The notes under the pieces were generated by a model. The model did no database searches. It was given only the letters and a program-made list of their open reading frames with translations, and was not told where the DNA came from. Both the position numbers and the translations under genes were made by a program. Shown here piece after piece: positions 1 through 13,862 of a DNA stretch of 64,000 bases. Source of the stretch: Sphagnum compactum (lineage: Eukaryota); the NCBI GenBank assembly GCA_965153455.1, contig OZ234493.1, positions 26,588,213 through 26,652,212 on the forward strand, given 5' to 3'. Each line of letters begins with the position of its first letter. Position 1 is the stretch's first letter.

Positions 1-1665
1 GTTGGAGCGTGTTGAAGTCCAATCGAACGCAATTGGTCCTCAATAGGGCATCTCTTCATATTGCTTTTGTACTTTTGAGGTATAATGACAATTTTTGAGA
101 CATGAGATTCATTCATGCTTGGCCAGAGTAGGATCCATAACACACTCAGCCACTTGTCTCCTCTTGACCATTTCCAACATTTGCAAATTGCTATCCACAT
201 GTGGAGTCTCATCTAGTTAACTGTCAGCTAGCTTTTATTTGCTTCCTCCCCTTCTCAAATACTTTATATGGCATGATTCAGCTATCCTGCATAAAGAACT
301 TGCTTGAAGCTGCTGAACTTGTGGGGGCAACCAAGTTTGAATCCATTCAAGGAAGAATCAGGAGCATTTGTGAAAAGTGTGAAGATTAGTACTTATGAGG
401 CACCTCCCGGTTCACCAAATTGCAAAGGCATCAAATTGGTGGGCATGGGTGTTAAAGCATACGTTGTATACTTGCAACTCAAAAAACCTGCATTGAACAA
501 TTGCGATGATTTTCACCCTGGTGGATTTTCATCAAATTTCTACATGAAAAATAGAATTTCGACTGATACAAAGGATTTTTCATGCAACAGATATGCCCAC
601 ATCTCCCCAGATTGCCAGAGTTTTATCTAAGTTCCAGTAGGTAGTCAAGAATATAGAAGGATCCATTTTTTGAAAAAACCTCTTATGTCTGGTATGTAGC
701 CATGAATAAATGTTTTCTTTGGCTACATCACAAAATTGGCAGAAAAGACACTGGGAACAAGGTTTATTATTGTAGTGCCTAACCTCACACACGAGTCCTG
801 GAAGAATGGTTAGGCAAGAAAAAGGTAGCTACACACGCGACCCTTGTGTGACAGAATTTTTGCAGGTCAAATAAGAAGAAAACAACAGTAGAATTGGGTT
901 GAATCCAAAGTCTCTCACATCCCCACCATCATTATCATCATGAAGGAGATCATATCATTCATTCTTTGGTAGACGCAGAGATGGAAACTATTGGATTATA
1001 CGGTTGGAATTTTGCACCCAAACAAACTGAAGATCCGCAGGAGAAGCTGAACTCCCAACGTGGTGCGATAAAATTCCCCAATTTGGCATTACTGGTGGCC
1101 ATGTGGCAATCTCCAGTAATTTGAAGTACATGTCTCCAAGATTCTCTGCCTTGAGAAAAGTGTGGATGGATAAAAAAGGAACCTATTGCTATTTTTGCTG
1201 CCATAGCTAGAGATTGGACCAATTGATTTCAGATATAATTTTGCACGACTGGATTTAGAATAACATTTCTTGCGAGTTTTGTCATGTCAACTCTCGGATC
1301 ACTGAAGACAGGCCTTTTGGTGGCCAGACCGACCATAGAGTGGTGGAGTGACCTGAGGAGGTCTTCACCAAACTGTGAGCATTGGAGGATTGCTCATGCC
1401 TAGGCTCAGGGAGTAATGCCTTCTTGGAGGGGCATTGTCCACCCCAATGACAACCATTCTGAACACACACCCATGGACAAACACTTCAATATCTTTCTCA
1501 TTTCTTGTCTGTTTTAGTCATCTACACAGTTGTGGGTGCGTCAAGCGAAGCTTTACATAACCTCTTTCAACTCCAAAGACAAAGGAATAACAAAGAAAAT
1601 CACAAAGCATGTCCAAATCATAGTGTGTTTTCAAGAAAATGACTTTATTATGTCTAGATCTCATA

Positions 1666-2986
1666 TCTTATATATTAATTGCGTTAGTCTGTGCGTCTGT
1701 CTGTCTGACACGACAGTTCTGCTGCAGAATCGGCACCGGCAGAATCGGCACCGGCATTTTCTATGGCAGAACCGGAGGGCCAGCAGGGGGGGGGGCCAGC
1801 ACGGGCGCTATCAAACGCTCACTTTTCTCGCCAGCCTCAGATCCCGTGTTACCGGCGTCTAACTGAGCCCTTCATAGATGAATGAAAAAATTCCGAAAAC
1901 TAAAAAGTAAACTAACGGATGAACTCATCATCATCCATTGACTCACAAATAACTATTGAGTTCTTTTCATTTCATATCTTTTTCTAAGTTTTCTCTTTTA
2001 CATGTTCAGGGTGCATCCTTTGGACCAGTGGGCCGGGTCTTTTTGGTTTTCTTTTTTAAAAAAATTTGAAGGTTTTTTTCTTTAGTTGTTCAGGGTTCAG
2101 CTTTTGGACCATTGGACCAAGTTTTTTTTCTTTTTTTTTGTTTTTTTTTTCTTGGGGTTGGAGTTTTTCTCTTCACTTGTTCGGGGTTCATCCTTTTAGC
2201 CCAACTTATGGGCCGGGTCCCTGGATTGGGACTGGGGATGTTAGTGCATCTTTGTTTGGGGGGGGGGGGGGGGGGGGGTGCGGGGGGAGTTGGTAGAATT
2301 GATTGTGGTCGCACAAACTCAAGTTGCTGCATAATGTAGTCGGTCCTTATGTGGGCTCGTGTTTTTTATTTCCCCAAATTTTTTCCCAGACATTAGTCCC
2401 ATGCCCATTAGGTACCTGTATACAAATGGGTTTTGACCGTGCCGATTCACTATTAAGTCCGACTTTTCAACAAACATTGGATAGTACACACCCCCAAGAA
2501 CGAAAAACAAAGAAAAAAACCCTCTCGATTCCACTCCGATTCGGAAATCCCGGGCGGGGGGGAGCTCAAAGGGTGCATTATGCACCGGGTTCACACTAGT
2601 AATAACTGGTTTTACTAACTGCCATCGAAAGCAATGGTTCAAACCAAGTGCCCCCCCTCAGTTTCATAGGGTCAGCATTGTTGTCACTCAGGAGAGATTC
2701 TGCCCTTCCCCCTCAGTTTCATAGGGTCAGCGTAATTGTCACTCAGGAGAGATTCCACCCGGCACCTGCTCTTTTCAATTGCATATGATTCTGGCACTGA
2801 AAACATCATAAGGTACCCAATTACGTGACAGAATCTTTCCCCAAGTGCCAATTACATCAGATAATGACCATTAGTCAGATCCAGTTCATGGTTAAGTTCA
2901 GCAAGGATGCTTCTCGGAGCAAAATAAGAATGCTTCTTTGAGTTCCAATTGCCGTGCCGTGCCTTGCAGGCACAGGTTACCACTAG
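1666..2986 (+). mobile_element. Non-autonomous Helitron with two 3' termini
   Basis: 5' end A|TCTTATATATTAAT at 1666. Hairpin GGTGCA-TTA-TGCACC (2572-2586) then CTAG|T (2596-2599). Second hairpin GTGCCT-TGC-AGGCAC (2959-2973) then CTAG|T (2983-2986). The interior is richer in GC and CpG than the flanks. Confidence 0.8.
2651..2756. repeat. 55-bp tandem duplication between the two Helitron 3' ends
   Basis: CCCCCTCAGTTTCATAGGGTCAGC...TTGTCACTCAGGAGAGATTC occurs twice with period 55. Confidence 0.9.
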
Positions 2987-5445
2987 TTTTCTTTATTTCT
3001 TGTTCATTTTGAATAATTTAAATAACTATGGATGCGTCAAGATGAGCTCTACATAACTTCTTTGAACTTTAGGAGCACAAGAGCAACAAAGAATAACCAT
3101 GAAGAGAATGGGTATGTCCAAATCACAAAGTGTTTGAAAACACCCATGACCAAAACTTTGATTACCCCTATTCATATACCCTATATCTTCCTCAAAATTT
3201 TTGTTTGTTTTGATTGATATAAACTACTATGGGTGCATCCAGTGTAGCTTTACATAAACCTTTTGAACTCCAAAAGCAAAGGATCATTGTAGAATTCTAA
3301 GCTCTTGAAGAGCTTAGATGTTCAATCACTAGCCTACTTACTCTAAAACTTTACATATTTTATTTTTAGGATTACCTTTGAAAACATAATGAATGTGCCA
3401 CATCTCTAAAATTTCAATGAATGTTATGTACATATATGCTTCTAGATATACCAACTAGTTTTGGGTACCCTTGAGTTGTCTTTTGTTCACTAGTCCCATA
3501 GGGAGTTTAAAAGGTTTAATGTTATGTTTAATGAAGCAAACAAAGGTCAAACATAGTATTAGTGTCCATATTAAATCTTTTTTTAAAAAAATCATACCAA
3601 TCTAGTACTATTATTGGATTAAAGAAAAAGAATCATACTAGTTAGGTATTGGTATTGGATCTTGTTATCAAACTTTCATACCAACTTGGTTATGGTGTTA
3701 GGGTTCAAGGCTGATTTTTGGCTAGTATGATGCAGATACATTATAAATGTTGGGCAATTATTAGAAATAGGGATAGACCTCAACAGTTCCACACCCAAGT
3801 GTACACCCACTTGATTGTTGAGCCCTAAAAGTTAAAGAATAGGGTGTAAAAACCTTCTAGAGGTTAAGTTCTAAAAGAACCACATCATTGAAAAAACTAG
3901 TAACCCTAATTTCTTATGTTTTGCTTGAACTTTATTTAAGTTTCTTTTTAAAAAGGTTGGTTTTTTCTTCTTTTTTTTCTAGAAATAATGACATTTAACA
4001 AAATGATGGAAACACTAAGGATTAGAATTTTGTTCTTATTTTTGGGGACTAATCATAAAGTATAAGAAAAAATGAATATTGTGTCTTTCTTGGTTGTGTT
4101 TGTAGTTTTTGTTCTAGGAGTTATGGAGTTTAAATGAATAATGTTAGAAAACTGACAAGAAATTTAAAAGGAGCTTTTTAAATTGTTTCATTTTTCATTT
4201 TTCATATCAATTTCTCTCATGGATCCCTTTGTGGCTTATTTGCAAAAAAAAAAATCTAATTCTTTTGACCTTCTCTCTTTGGATTATTATTATTTTGTTT
4301 GGAGTTTTCAATTTGAGCTATGAAGTAAATCCAGGCATGAAGTTTTTATTTTCCATCTCTTATTTTTCATCCCTTTACTTTGCCATTGGATAGAATTTGA
4401 TGTAAAAGCATTTTGGTATTTTGTGAAAAATATTACATGGATGTGTTTTTTTGGAGGTGGTAATGTAGTGTGAAATGAGGTGTTCTTGCTTTTATGATAT
4501 TAAAATAATTAAAGTTTTAAAATATTTTAAAACCTAAATGTGGATATGTCATTATTGGTTTTTTAACATTTAGAAATGAGATGGTGTTGTTGTGATGTGT
4601 GTGTAATAGTTGAGGGAACCAAATTGGTACAAAAGTTGTAACATTGGAAAGTTAGGGAAAATACCATTAATTCAAGAAGAACCCAACAACCTACCGATTT
4701 AGAAAGTAATGTTTTTGTATTGAAAAGCTTGGGGATGAAGTTTAAAGTATGTTATAGGATTAGTTTCCCATTTCTAACAAAGCAAAGTTGTGGTGGATTG
4801 AATTTTCCCATTCACCATGAATCTTTGGTGATAAAAGTGTGGGAAACTAAAGAATATATGTGTAGCATGGGTGCATGGTTTGGTGGCATTCTTCAAGGGC
4901 AATGAACTTTTATGTTTGTTTTTATTTGATTGTTTGCTCTTAACAATGTTAACTATTTTGGCTCTCAAGTTCAAGAAATATGTCATTGTTTTCTTTTATT
5001 ATGCACAATGGTATAAGAGGTTGAATCAGACTCAAGGAACAAGATTTGTCTTACTCAAATTGTAGGACGTAAATCATGAAAGTGATGAATCTAGAAGGAT
5101 TCACCTATTCACAATTAGCATTGGAAGAAATGCGGGGTGTCAATCTGCTTGAAGGGAACAAAAATGTTAATGAATCCTACTACTTCTAATATTACATATT
5201 GCCATGTTGGGATTTAATTTTATGTGATACTCTTGCTGTAGATTAAAATCTAATTTGATCACTTATTAGATATAAGCATGAGAATTTTGGGGTTTTTGGC
5301 ATAATGTGGTGTCCATGTCAATTATAACCCTATTAGGTTTTAACACGCAATATTCTACTCCCCACTTCCTTTTGAGTATTCAATTGGTATTCACTAATAC
5401 TTCATGCACAAACTTGCCTTACACACCAACTAAAAAATCACACCA

Positions 5446-5750
5446 TTACCATATTTGTTTCCACCAATAAACTTCATATAACTTGGCAATAGTATAGGTC
5501 ATCGTTAAAGCCTTCAAAATTGGTTGGTTGTCATTTCTTAAAAAATTAAGATATTTTTTCATGTGAACAAATTCAATAGATCTTGCACAACCCAAATAGG
5601 TGCATTTTGGATAATCATTGTTTGTGGATGGGCCAAGAAATTGGTCAAAAGATGCATCTACCTTATATTGATCAAAATACACCAATTGATCTTTAAACAA
5701 AGAGTTATAGTAATAATATTTTCATACATGTAGTAGGAATTTGTTTTATG
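5446..5750 (-). pseudogene. Possible hAT transposase C-terminal (dimerization) remnant
   Basis: The translation GCARSIEFVHMKKYLNFLRN loosely resembles the hAT S..ER.FS.L.F.K region. Heavily decayed. Confidence 0.3.
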
Positions 5751-8700
5751 AAACAATATTCTAGATTTTTAGAATATTGCCATAATATCATTTATATTCA
5801 TATGCATGGATACATCTCAACAATTTTTTAATTTTTATGTTGCGCATTACAAGATTGTAACTTCAAAAATTCATTGGGAAACATCTAGCATTGCAGTATA
5901 TGGTGTTTTTCTTTTAAAACTATATAGAAAATTGTGTGGGACAATATTTTGTAAAAATTCAAGCAAACCATGATCTTGTGATAAACATGTGATTTCTATT
6001 ATTATTGGGAGAATGTAAAGAAGTTGACAATGAGAGGATGATTGCAAGATAAGTTGAATCATTTTTTTGTGTCAATGCAATTTTTGGTAAAATGTCATGC
6101 ATTAACATGCCATTGAATCATCAATATGCCAATTTCCAAAATTCACTTGAATAAGAAAAAAATTGTATATAACTTTCAACATATATATGCCTAAATTAGA
6201 ATAATGAACTTTTGAAATTGAAAAATATGAATTGAACTTTTTTGTGTGTCTTTATATAAATACATTTTTGTTTATAGATTTTTTTGGAGATATCTTAGGG
6301 ACTCAATATATGATATAATAAAGTAAAAAGAACATAGATGAAAAAAAGTTATGAACATTTGAATGTTTCAAAATGAACCATATTTTAGATGTCCATATAT
6401 TCATTTAATAATAGTTTTGGGTCCAAATTTTTTTAAGTGTATAAAAATCTTGTCATAACGTCACCCTTTTCTGTCTTTTTTACCTAGTTTTTTTTTACCA
6501 TGTAAAAACACATTTATGAAAGATTATCATGGAATCTTAAATTAAAATGGTTTAGAATATAGTCCTTCAAAAAAATATTGACACCTTTTGATTCATTATT
6601 TTTTATGGGGATCAAAATATAGGGTAAAAATGGACTACAATAAGGACTAGTCCTTTTTGTCCTGTGTGATGCACTTTAAAGGATTTTCACCTTTTGGAAT
6701 GTTTTTTTTCTTTTAACATGTATGTTGAAAAGTCATCTAATTGGAAGTTTATTCACATTATTTTTATTTTTTCATTAACCACTTTATAATCCCCCACTTA
6801 AATAATAATATCACAATAGATTGTCATTTTAACACTCTTGAATGGACTTTTTATGAACTATTTGTTCATTGAAACTTATCCATCTTATTTTGCAACCACC
6901 CAAAAGATTATGAATTGTCATATATCATGTGTCCCCATTTTGGATATTTACCATTTGCGGTAATTTAAATAGTATATAGTATTTAGTTGGTTGAAGAAAT
7001 TGAGTGTTGAAAGAACAATTGCAATATCATCATGATTGAAGGTGTGCAATAGATGCACATGGACATGTCAAAGGTGGATCATGTCATGAACAAAAGAAAT
7101 GTGAATGAATGTTTGACAATGTTTTGGTTACATAATTGTTATGAAATTGTATTGATGAAGCAAAAGTGAAGCAAAATAGATATTTGTAGGTTATGTGCAA
7201 CTACAAAGTTGAGAGAAATTCGGATATCAATGGAATTTTATCCTTAAGAGATGTTCATGTAGTGGAATGGGGCAAGTGGGATATGCACTACATAAATGAT
7301 TTGTAAAAATTATGTTTTAATGAAGGTCAATATTTCATAGGTGTGCGATAATATGGGTGTGGAAAATGATGTGAATAGAAGTTGAAAGGGAATAAAAAGT
7401 TTAATTCATGACTCTTTTACTTTATTTTAAGAAAAATTTGTGTCAAGGTTTTTGACAATTTTCAATTATTTAGTTTGCAAGAATACATATAAATAAATTG
7501 ATGCCAAATTTGTTACTAAACAAATGAAATGTTTGCAACAATTGTATTGTATAACATATAAATAATACAATTTGGTGTTGAAGAATGTGGCAAAGCCCCA
7601 TTTTTAATCATATTACCTTTGAAGATCAACAATTGCAATAAAAGTTAGCAACAATAAAAGGAGTCATCTATGAGTTAAAGTAACAAAAATAACTTGATCA
7701 AAGAATAATAAAAGGAAACAACTATGGATGGGTGAGGGGCTAGTTTGTTTTACTTCATTAATAGTAAGGGGGTTGGCTTTATTTTACCTCTCCACATGGA
7801 AGGTAAGCTAGAATTGCTACACACCTTGTCTAGAAAGGAGGAATCAAAAAAAATAATTGTTAGTCCTTCCCACAATTGCAAAATGTCTCTTGTGGTAAAA
7901 CAACCTATGGTTAAGCAATAACCACCAAAAGTTAAACAATGTGAGTTGCTAGGGTTAATAATTAATACATTTCAATCTTGAGTTTTTTCCTTTTGAAATT
8001 AGTCAACAAATTCATGTGAAGAGTTGAGTTGAATATTGGTACATAAAGAGGAACAAACTAATGTTCGACAACTTTTCTGATTTCCCCAACCTAGTGACAA
8101 ACCTAATGCATGAATAACACCTTTCTATTTTAAAGTTCATACAACTTAATATTTAATTCAATTGTTATTTCAATTGTAATAGTGACTTTCAAAGGATGAG
8201 TTTTGTGCTAATGTAAAAATATATATAATTGAAAATGGGAATATTTTGAATGTGTTTGACAATGTAAACACTTTGCAAATTGATTGTTGATTCAAAGACA
8301 TTATGAGAAATTGTGTCCATAGAAACTTCATTGCCTTGCAACTAGGTGTTCATGGCAACTAATGTGCGATTACAACTATTCCATGGAAATATGGGGAGTG
8401 TGAGCCATGGATTATAGCTCAACAATTAGTTAAGCTTTAGTTCCTTAAATTTCCTTAGTACTAATGATTTGAATGCTTATAAACCTTCAAGTAGTGACTA
8501 TTAAAAGTTGAATTAGTTTTTGTGATATTTCTAGGCATAGAGTAATTCTTTATTTCAGTGGATGTAACACTTAATTAGTTTAGGACCTAGTAAACCTTTA
8601 AAAGTACATTATCCTTTTTAGTTATAGAGAAGGGGAAGGGGATGTAGAATTAGATGTGATTTATTGATATATAGGGAATACAAGCCCATAATTAACAATA

Positions 8701-8911
8701 TTTCGCATGACAAGGTTGAGTAGTCTGTAGAATGATCTTCAAGCACTAATGATGTACTTGTAGGATTTTTAGGATGTAGTCCTAATACATCTTTATTTAG
8801 TTTCACTTCTATCAGACTTTGAAATAGAATCAAAATCAAACGTAAGTAGCAACAGTTCCGCCTGAGTAGCCTCAAGTGAATTATAACTGAATAACTGACT
8901 AAAAGGATAGA

Positions 8912-9325
8912 TCACAGTTGTAAAAATTCTAGGATGCGACAGATGGTGCGAGCGAGGTACTCGGCTCGATGCTCCAGGGGAAGTGGGTTGATCGGGCCTC
9001 GTAGCCAACGATAATGGCCGTCACCGGAAACCCACGTTCGACAATGGAGACGGACATCATCATCTTTGCACTGGCACTCTTCAAATCTTTCTGGCGCGGC
9101 TCCACGAGCAGGAACAAACTCTAGATAAATGGCTAAAGCATGTGGGTTAGGAGACAGTCGACGATCCCATACCGAACGAGCAACTCGAGTGCGCACCACT
9201 CTCCTGGGCGGTTCTTCTTCGCGCGACCGTTGAGAAACATCCAAGTCGAGCGGTGCTTCTTCAAGCTCTTCTTCTTGTACAGGTGCGACCGGAGGATTTG
9301 AAGGCGTAGCATCATCGTCCGCCAT
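8912..9325 (-). CDS. Intact orphan ORF of 137 aa (MADDDATPSNPP...RILEFLQL), unknown product, possibly TE- or virus-associated
   Basis: Uninterrupted, GC/CpG-rich frame in an AT-rich region. ATG context GTCATGG. Preceded on the minus strand by a T-rich tract plus CAG acceptor-like site at 9338-9360. Confidence 0.45.
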   Translation of the reverse strand: MADDDATPSNPPVAPVQEEELEEAPLDLDVSQRSREEEPPRRVVRTRVARSVWDRRLSPNPHALAIYLEFVPARGAAPERFEECQCKDDDVRLHCRTWVSGDGHYRWLRGPINPLPLEHRAEYLARTICRILEFLQL

Positions 9326-11554
9326 GACTAGTTGCGCCTGCATCAACAAAAACCAAAAAAGGTAGTACGAACAAGGTGGTACTTGCGTTCAAAAAGGGTT
9401 GAGGCCTTTTTATTTAACAAATTAGGGTATGCGTAAGGCGTGGGAATGACGGCGGAACTTCATCAAAACTCGAACACCCTAGATCTAAGGGATTCATCAA
9501 ACCCTAAATTCAACGGTGGATCTAGAACTATGTGAGAGTTTTTCTTTTGTGATGCAAATTGTAATTCCAATTTACTATGTACTACATAGTTAATTAGTGC
9601 ATAGTAAAGTAAATAGGTAGGGAATATCAAGGAGTAAATGTTACACGGAAATGTTACTTCAACCATTGAATTAGTCAAGTAAGAACTCAAGGACTCTTCC
9701 TTGTTACTACCGATAATTTATCCTAGTAGTTAGTTATTTGAAGTAATTAGGATGAAGAAGTAGGATGTGAGGGTCAACGGACGGAAAAGATAAGGATCAA
9801 GCTCAAGAGACCTCATCAAGATATCCAAGATAAGGGGGAGGTTGGATCCTCCAATTCCATTCGTCATGAGGATTGTCATCCTCTTTGATTGGAGGATGGA
9901 ATATCTCTTAAGTTTCATTGGGCCCATGGATTTTCATCCTAATTTCAATTGGATGGCCATTCATTCTCAAATTTTCATTGGCCCTTGAAGGATGAGGAGG
10001 CCATTGATTGGTGCAAAAGGATTTCAAAGCTTGATTGGACAAGGAAAAGAAGCTCAAGGAAGGTCATGGAGGCTTGCCAAAGGAGAAGGCATGGTGTGTA
10101 TGGAAAAAAGATAAGAAAGAGGAGAATGAAGTGTGAAAGAGGTTGTTAGTTCTTGTGTGTGGAAGTGTTCATGGAAGGTTATGAAAAAATGAAGCATGGA
10201 ATGGAGTTGTGTGTAGCAAAGAATCGTAATGAAGCCTCTGGACTTTTGGTTTAGTTAATTGTTTCTCTGCAATCCACCGTTGGATTTGCGTCAAAATTAA
10301 ATCAATTTTAGTTTGGAAGGTGTAGAAGCTCCTCCCAAAAATTCAGCATCATCGATTTTGCTGTGAGGGAGTTGCAGGTGTTGGAAGTAGAAGAGGTTGA
10401 GATGTTTGTTTTGTTTTCCTCAATGAAAGCAAATGGTTTTTAGTTTCGGGGCTTAACTTTGGTCAAAGACATAAAATAAAATAAAAACTCATGAGATTTG
10501 GACACAACGCATTAGATTTTTATTTTATTTTATTTAATTTTTTTTGTGAATTTCATTACTTACTTCGAACCACCTTACTTGTTAGACTACACTACATAGT
10601 AGTTCCACTTCCAACCGGGTCTTTTATTGTGAGTGCATATTTTAGTGGTGAAGGTGTGCAATAAATCCTCACAGGGAGTTCAAAAATAAAATGCCATGTT
10701 AAAAATTCACAAAGTTCTATTTGTAGTTGCATGTTAATTGCAAGATGGACCCTTATATGGTTGTAATATGCACCACATATGCAGTTGTACTTGATTATGT
10801 TTTGACTTTTTGGGCAAGTTACATGAGAATTATAAGTGGTAACCACCACATAACTAACAAAATGCAACACTCAATCGACAACTACCTTGTAATTAGCACA
10901 CAACATTGATGTGTATAATCATGCCACATGTATGCATTGCCACCGTCCATTAAATTTGGAATTTTCAATTCCTTTGTAACTAGTTATAACTACCATGCAA
11001 TTACTAGATGTCCATTGCAACTAATGTATAACTAAATTTGAAACTATTCATGCAAAATTCAATTTTCAATTTTGCATAAGATATGTGAAGCCATGTAACA
11101 CATGGTTGTAAGTCTTTGTAAATCTTGTGGTTTACATCTACGGTTCTTATGCACTTGTGCCTAGTGTAAAACTATATATAAATGATAAATAAGGGGATGG
11201 TTTGGTCTCTTTGATTTAAACCTTGTAATTGGTTTCTTATGAAGCAACTAAAAGATATTATATAACATTCTTTTGCATTTCAACTTTTAATTTAAAGAAT
11301 GAAATGTTCAAATTAAAAAATCATATATTTTCATTTTCGTTTAAATAATATGAAGTGGTGTCTTTTTTTTGTTGTTCATTTCTTTGTTTGAATAATTAAA
11401 AATTTTATTTTAAAAAAAATTTACTGAAACCATTAAAATATATATTTTTAATGATTGTGGGATATTATTAAAGCTTTCTGTTTTTTAATGTAATGAGTAG
11501 AAATATTCAAGTTCAACACCTATAGTCATGTTTTGTGTATGCAATATCATTCAT

Positions 11555-12170
11555 TATTCTTGTGCATATAAGAATATTATGTTGTTAGGTTGTTAATTTT
11601 TATACAATTAAAATGAAATATTGATTACCAACTTTAATGTTACATGTCCCAAAACATCCAAGTTCAATGACTTTTGTGATAAAACAACAAAGGTAAGTTT
11701 ACATTTACATGTAAGAAAATTCAAAACCAATATATTTCATTTTTTCTTATGACACCTTACTTTGAATTCGAATGGTTGCTTTTAAATGAGATTGAAGCAA
11801 TGTATAAATTGTATGACCAATGTTATTGTTTCATGCATTTTTAAATCCTTTGTAATAAACTTCATTATCTTCTAGCTTGAATCATGAAAAATTATGTTTT
11901 CCCATACCAAACTATCATGCAACTAATGTATAACTAACTTTCAACTACCCACGCAAATATCAAATATTCTTGTGCATACGAATATTATGTTGTTAAGTTG
12001 TTAAATTTTATGCGACTAAAATGAGTTCTTGATTATAGTCTCTAATGGTGTAGGTCTCAAAACATTTATGATAAGATAATGAAGGTGAAGGTAAGTTGAC
12101 ACATTTACATGTGAAAGATTCAAGACCAATATACTCCAATTTGTTTTATGACATTTTACTTTGAATTTAA
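11555..12170. repeat. Diverged direct repeat of ~210 bp, period ~410 bp
   Basis: ATTCTTGTGCATA..GAATATTATGTTGTTA...AAGGTAAGTT..ACATTTACATGT...TTACTTTGAATT occurs at ~11555-11767 and ~11966-12167. Confidence 0.75.
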
Positions 12171-12276
12171 ACAATTGTTTGTAAATGTAAAACATGTAGT
12201 TTAATCATTGTATTTATACGATGTGTTGTTTATGGTGCATTTCAATGATAAGTTTAAAATGACATGACTAGGGTGA

Positions 12277-13862
12277 ATGCACACTGAGGTGGCTCACTTT
12301 TTGAATCACGACGCTCATTTTTGTAGAATGCCCTTTCTTTGGACACCTATAAAAAATAATATAACTTATCAAATTGAGAATTTGAAATTGCTTATACATT
12401 AACAACCTGATTATGAAAATACTTATGTAATTATTTTTCAATAAAAGTACACTCAATTTTCATAATGAACTTTTGAAGTACAAAAATATGGACTAGTCAA
12501 TAAACTGGAATGGTAGAAAATAAAAAGATATCATATTGAATTCCATTCCAAATTATCTATAGGGACTCAATATATGGTGTAACATCCAATAATACATTTT
12601 CATGTGAAAGTTTTCTGTCAAAAATCATAATCAAACTTTAACTAGGTGTAACCAAAAAAGGAGGGGTCCATAAAACGCACAACACATCTACTGTGGCCAA
12701 CGAACCCTGTCGACTGAACTCTGCTGATCTTCTCTACTCACACAGAACTCCAAACCTTCTCACACAGCAACTACTAACCGGCCCTTTCCTCCCCACCTCA
12801 CAGATCGGAGATGTACAGACACAACAACACGACCAACCTCAAGCATCCTTCTTCTTCCTCACCGCTCACACAGGTATCAAACAAAGAAACTTTCCATTGC
12901 ATTTACAAAATATGTACAATCCTGAAAGCACAAACTCTCGGGACATCAGAAGACTCACAAAACAATAGCTTCAGTGCTGTTCCGACTCTCTTTATCTTTC
13001 TCTCTAATTCTTCTACAGCAACAACAACCATTTGACTAACTACCAGGCGCAGCGGAAATTTAGGCGTTCAGCCAAAGTCACTTAGCTACAGAGCTTTACA
13101 CCATCACCATGTCCATCCAACTACCAAACTTCTACAGTTCCGGCTTCTACAGATCCACACACCTCCCAAAATTATTCTGCTAATCCCCTTCTAGCCTCCT
13201 GATCTTTCTCCTCTAACACCAACCAAAATTGTTTGTCTCCCCTCTCTCTCTCCTACCTTCCGAGCTAAACCTTCTTGCAGTCCGGGAAAAAGATACACTC
13301 CACACCTCCAGAGCCACACAAAAGCTTTCCGAGATTCCGTAAGCTTCCCTCCGAAGCCTCACCGTTCGCCGTCGCCACCCGTTTTTCATCAATTCAGCAC
13401 CATCAACATTCATCATTCTCCGCCGCCATCTCCCAAGATTATCCTAAAGCACACAAAGCAAGGGAGAAAGCAACCATGCACTCCATGCAGCAGTAATGAG
13501 CGCCGAAAACAAAAGGTGGCCGCCTCAAACAAACCTAGATCCCAAACACAGTTCAGTGTTCACACTGAATCTGTCCACCTACCTTCGCATTACATAGGGA
13601 CTTTTTGAATGGTCAAAATTGAACCATATTTCCATAATTCCCTAACATAGTTTTTTTTTTCCTCAAATTTAATTTTTTTTCTAGAGGTATATATATTTGG
13701 AATATGTAGGTGGACTCCTATTAATATGAAATTTATTGCTTTTGATACATCAACTTTATTTCCACTGAACCCATGGTACGAAAAAAATTCAAAATTTTGA
13801 CATTGTAGAATGGACTTTTGTGGACTCTTGTTTTTCAAAAAGTGACCCACCTTAGAGTGCAT
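12277..13862. mobile_element. Non-autonomous TIR DNA element with a GC-richer core
   Basis: ATGCACACTGAGGTGGCTCACTTTTTGAA (12277-12305) matches the reverse complement of 13834-13862 at 26/29. No TSD resolved. Confidence 0.75.

Noticed and set aside
2066-2339. Gly/Pro-rich ORFs
   Set aside because: They are produced by poly-T and poly-G runs inside the Helitron.
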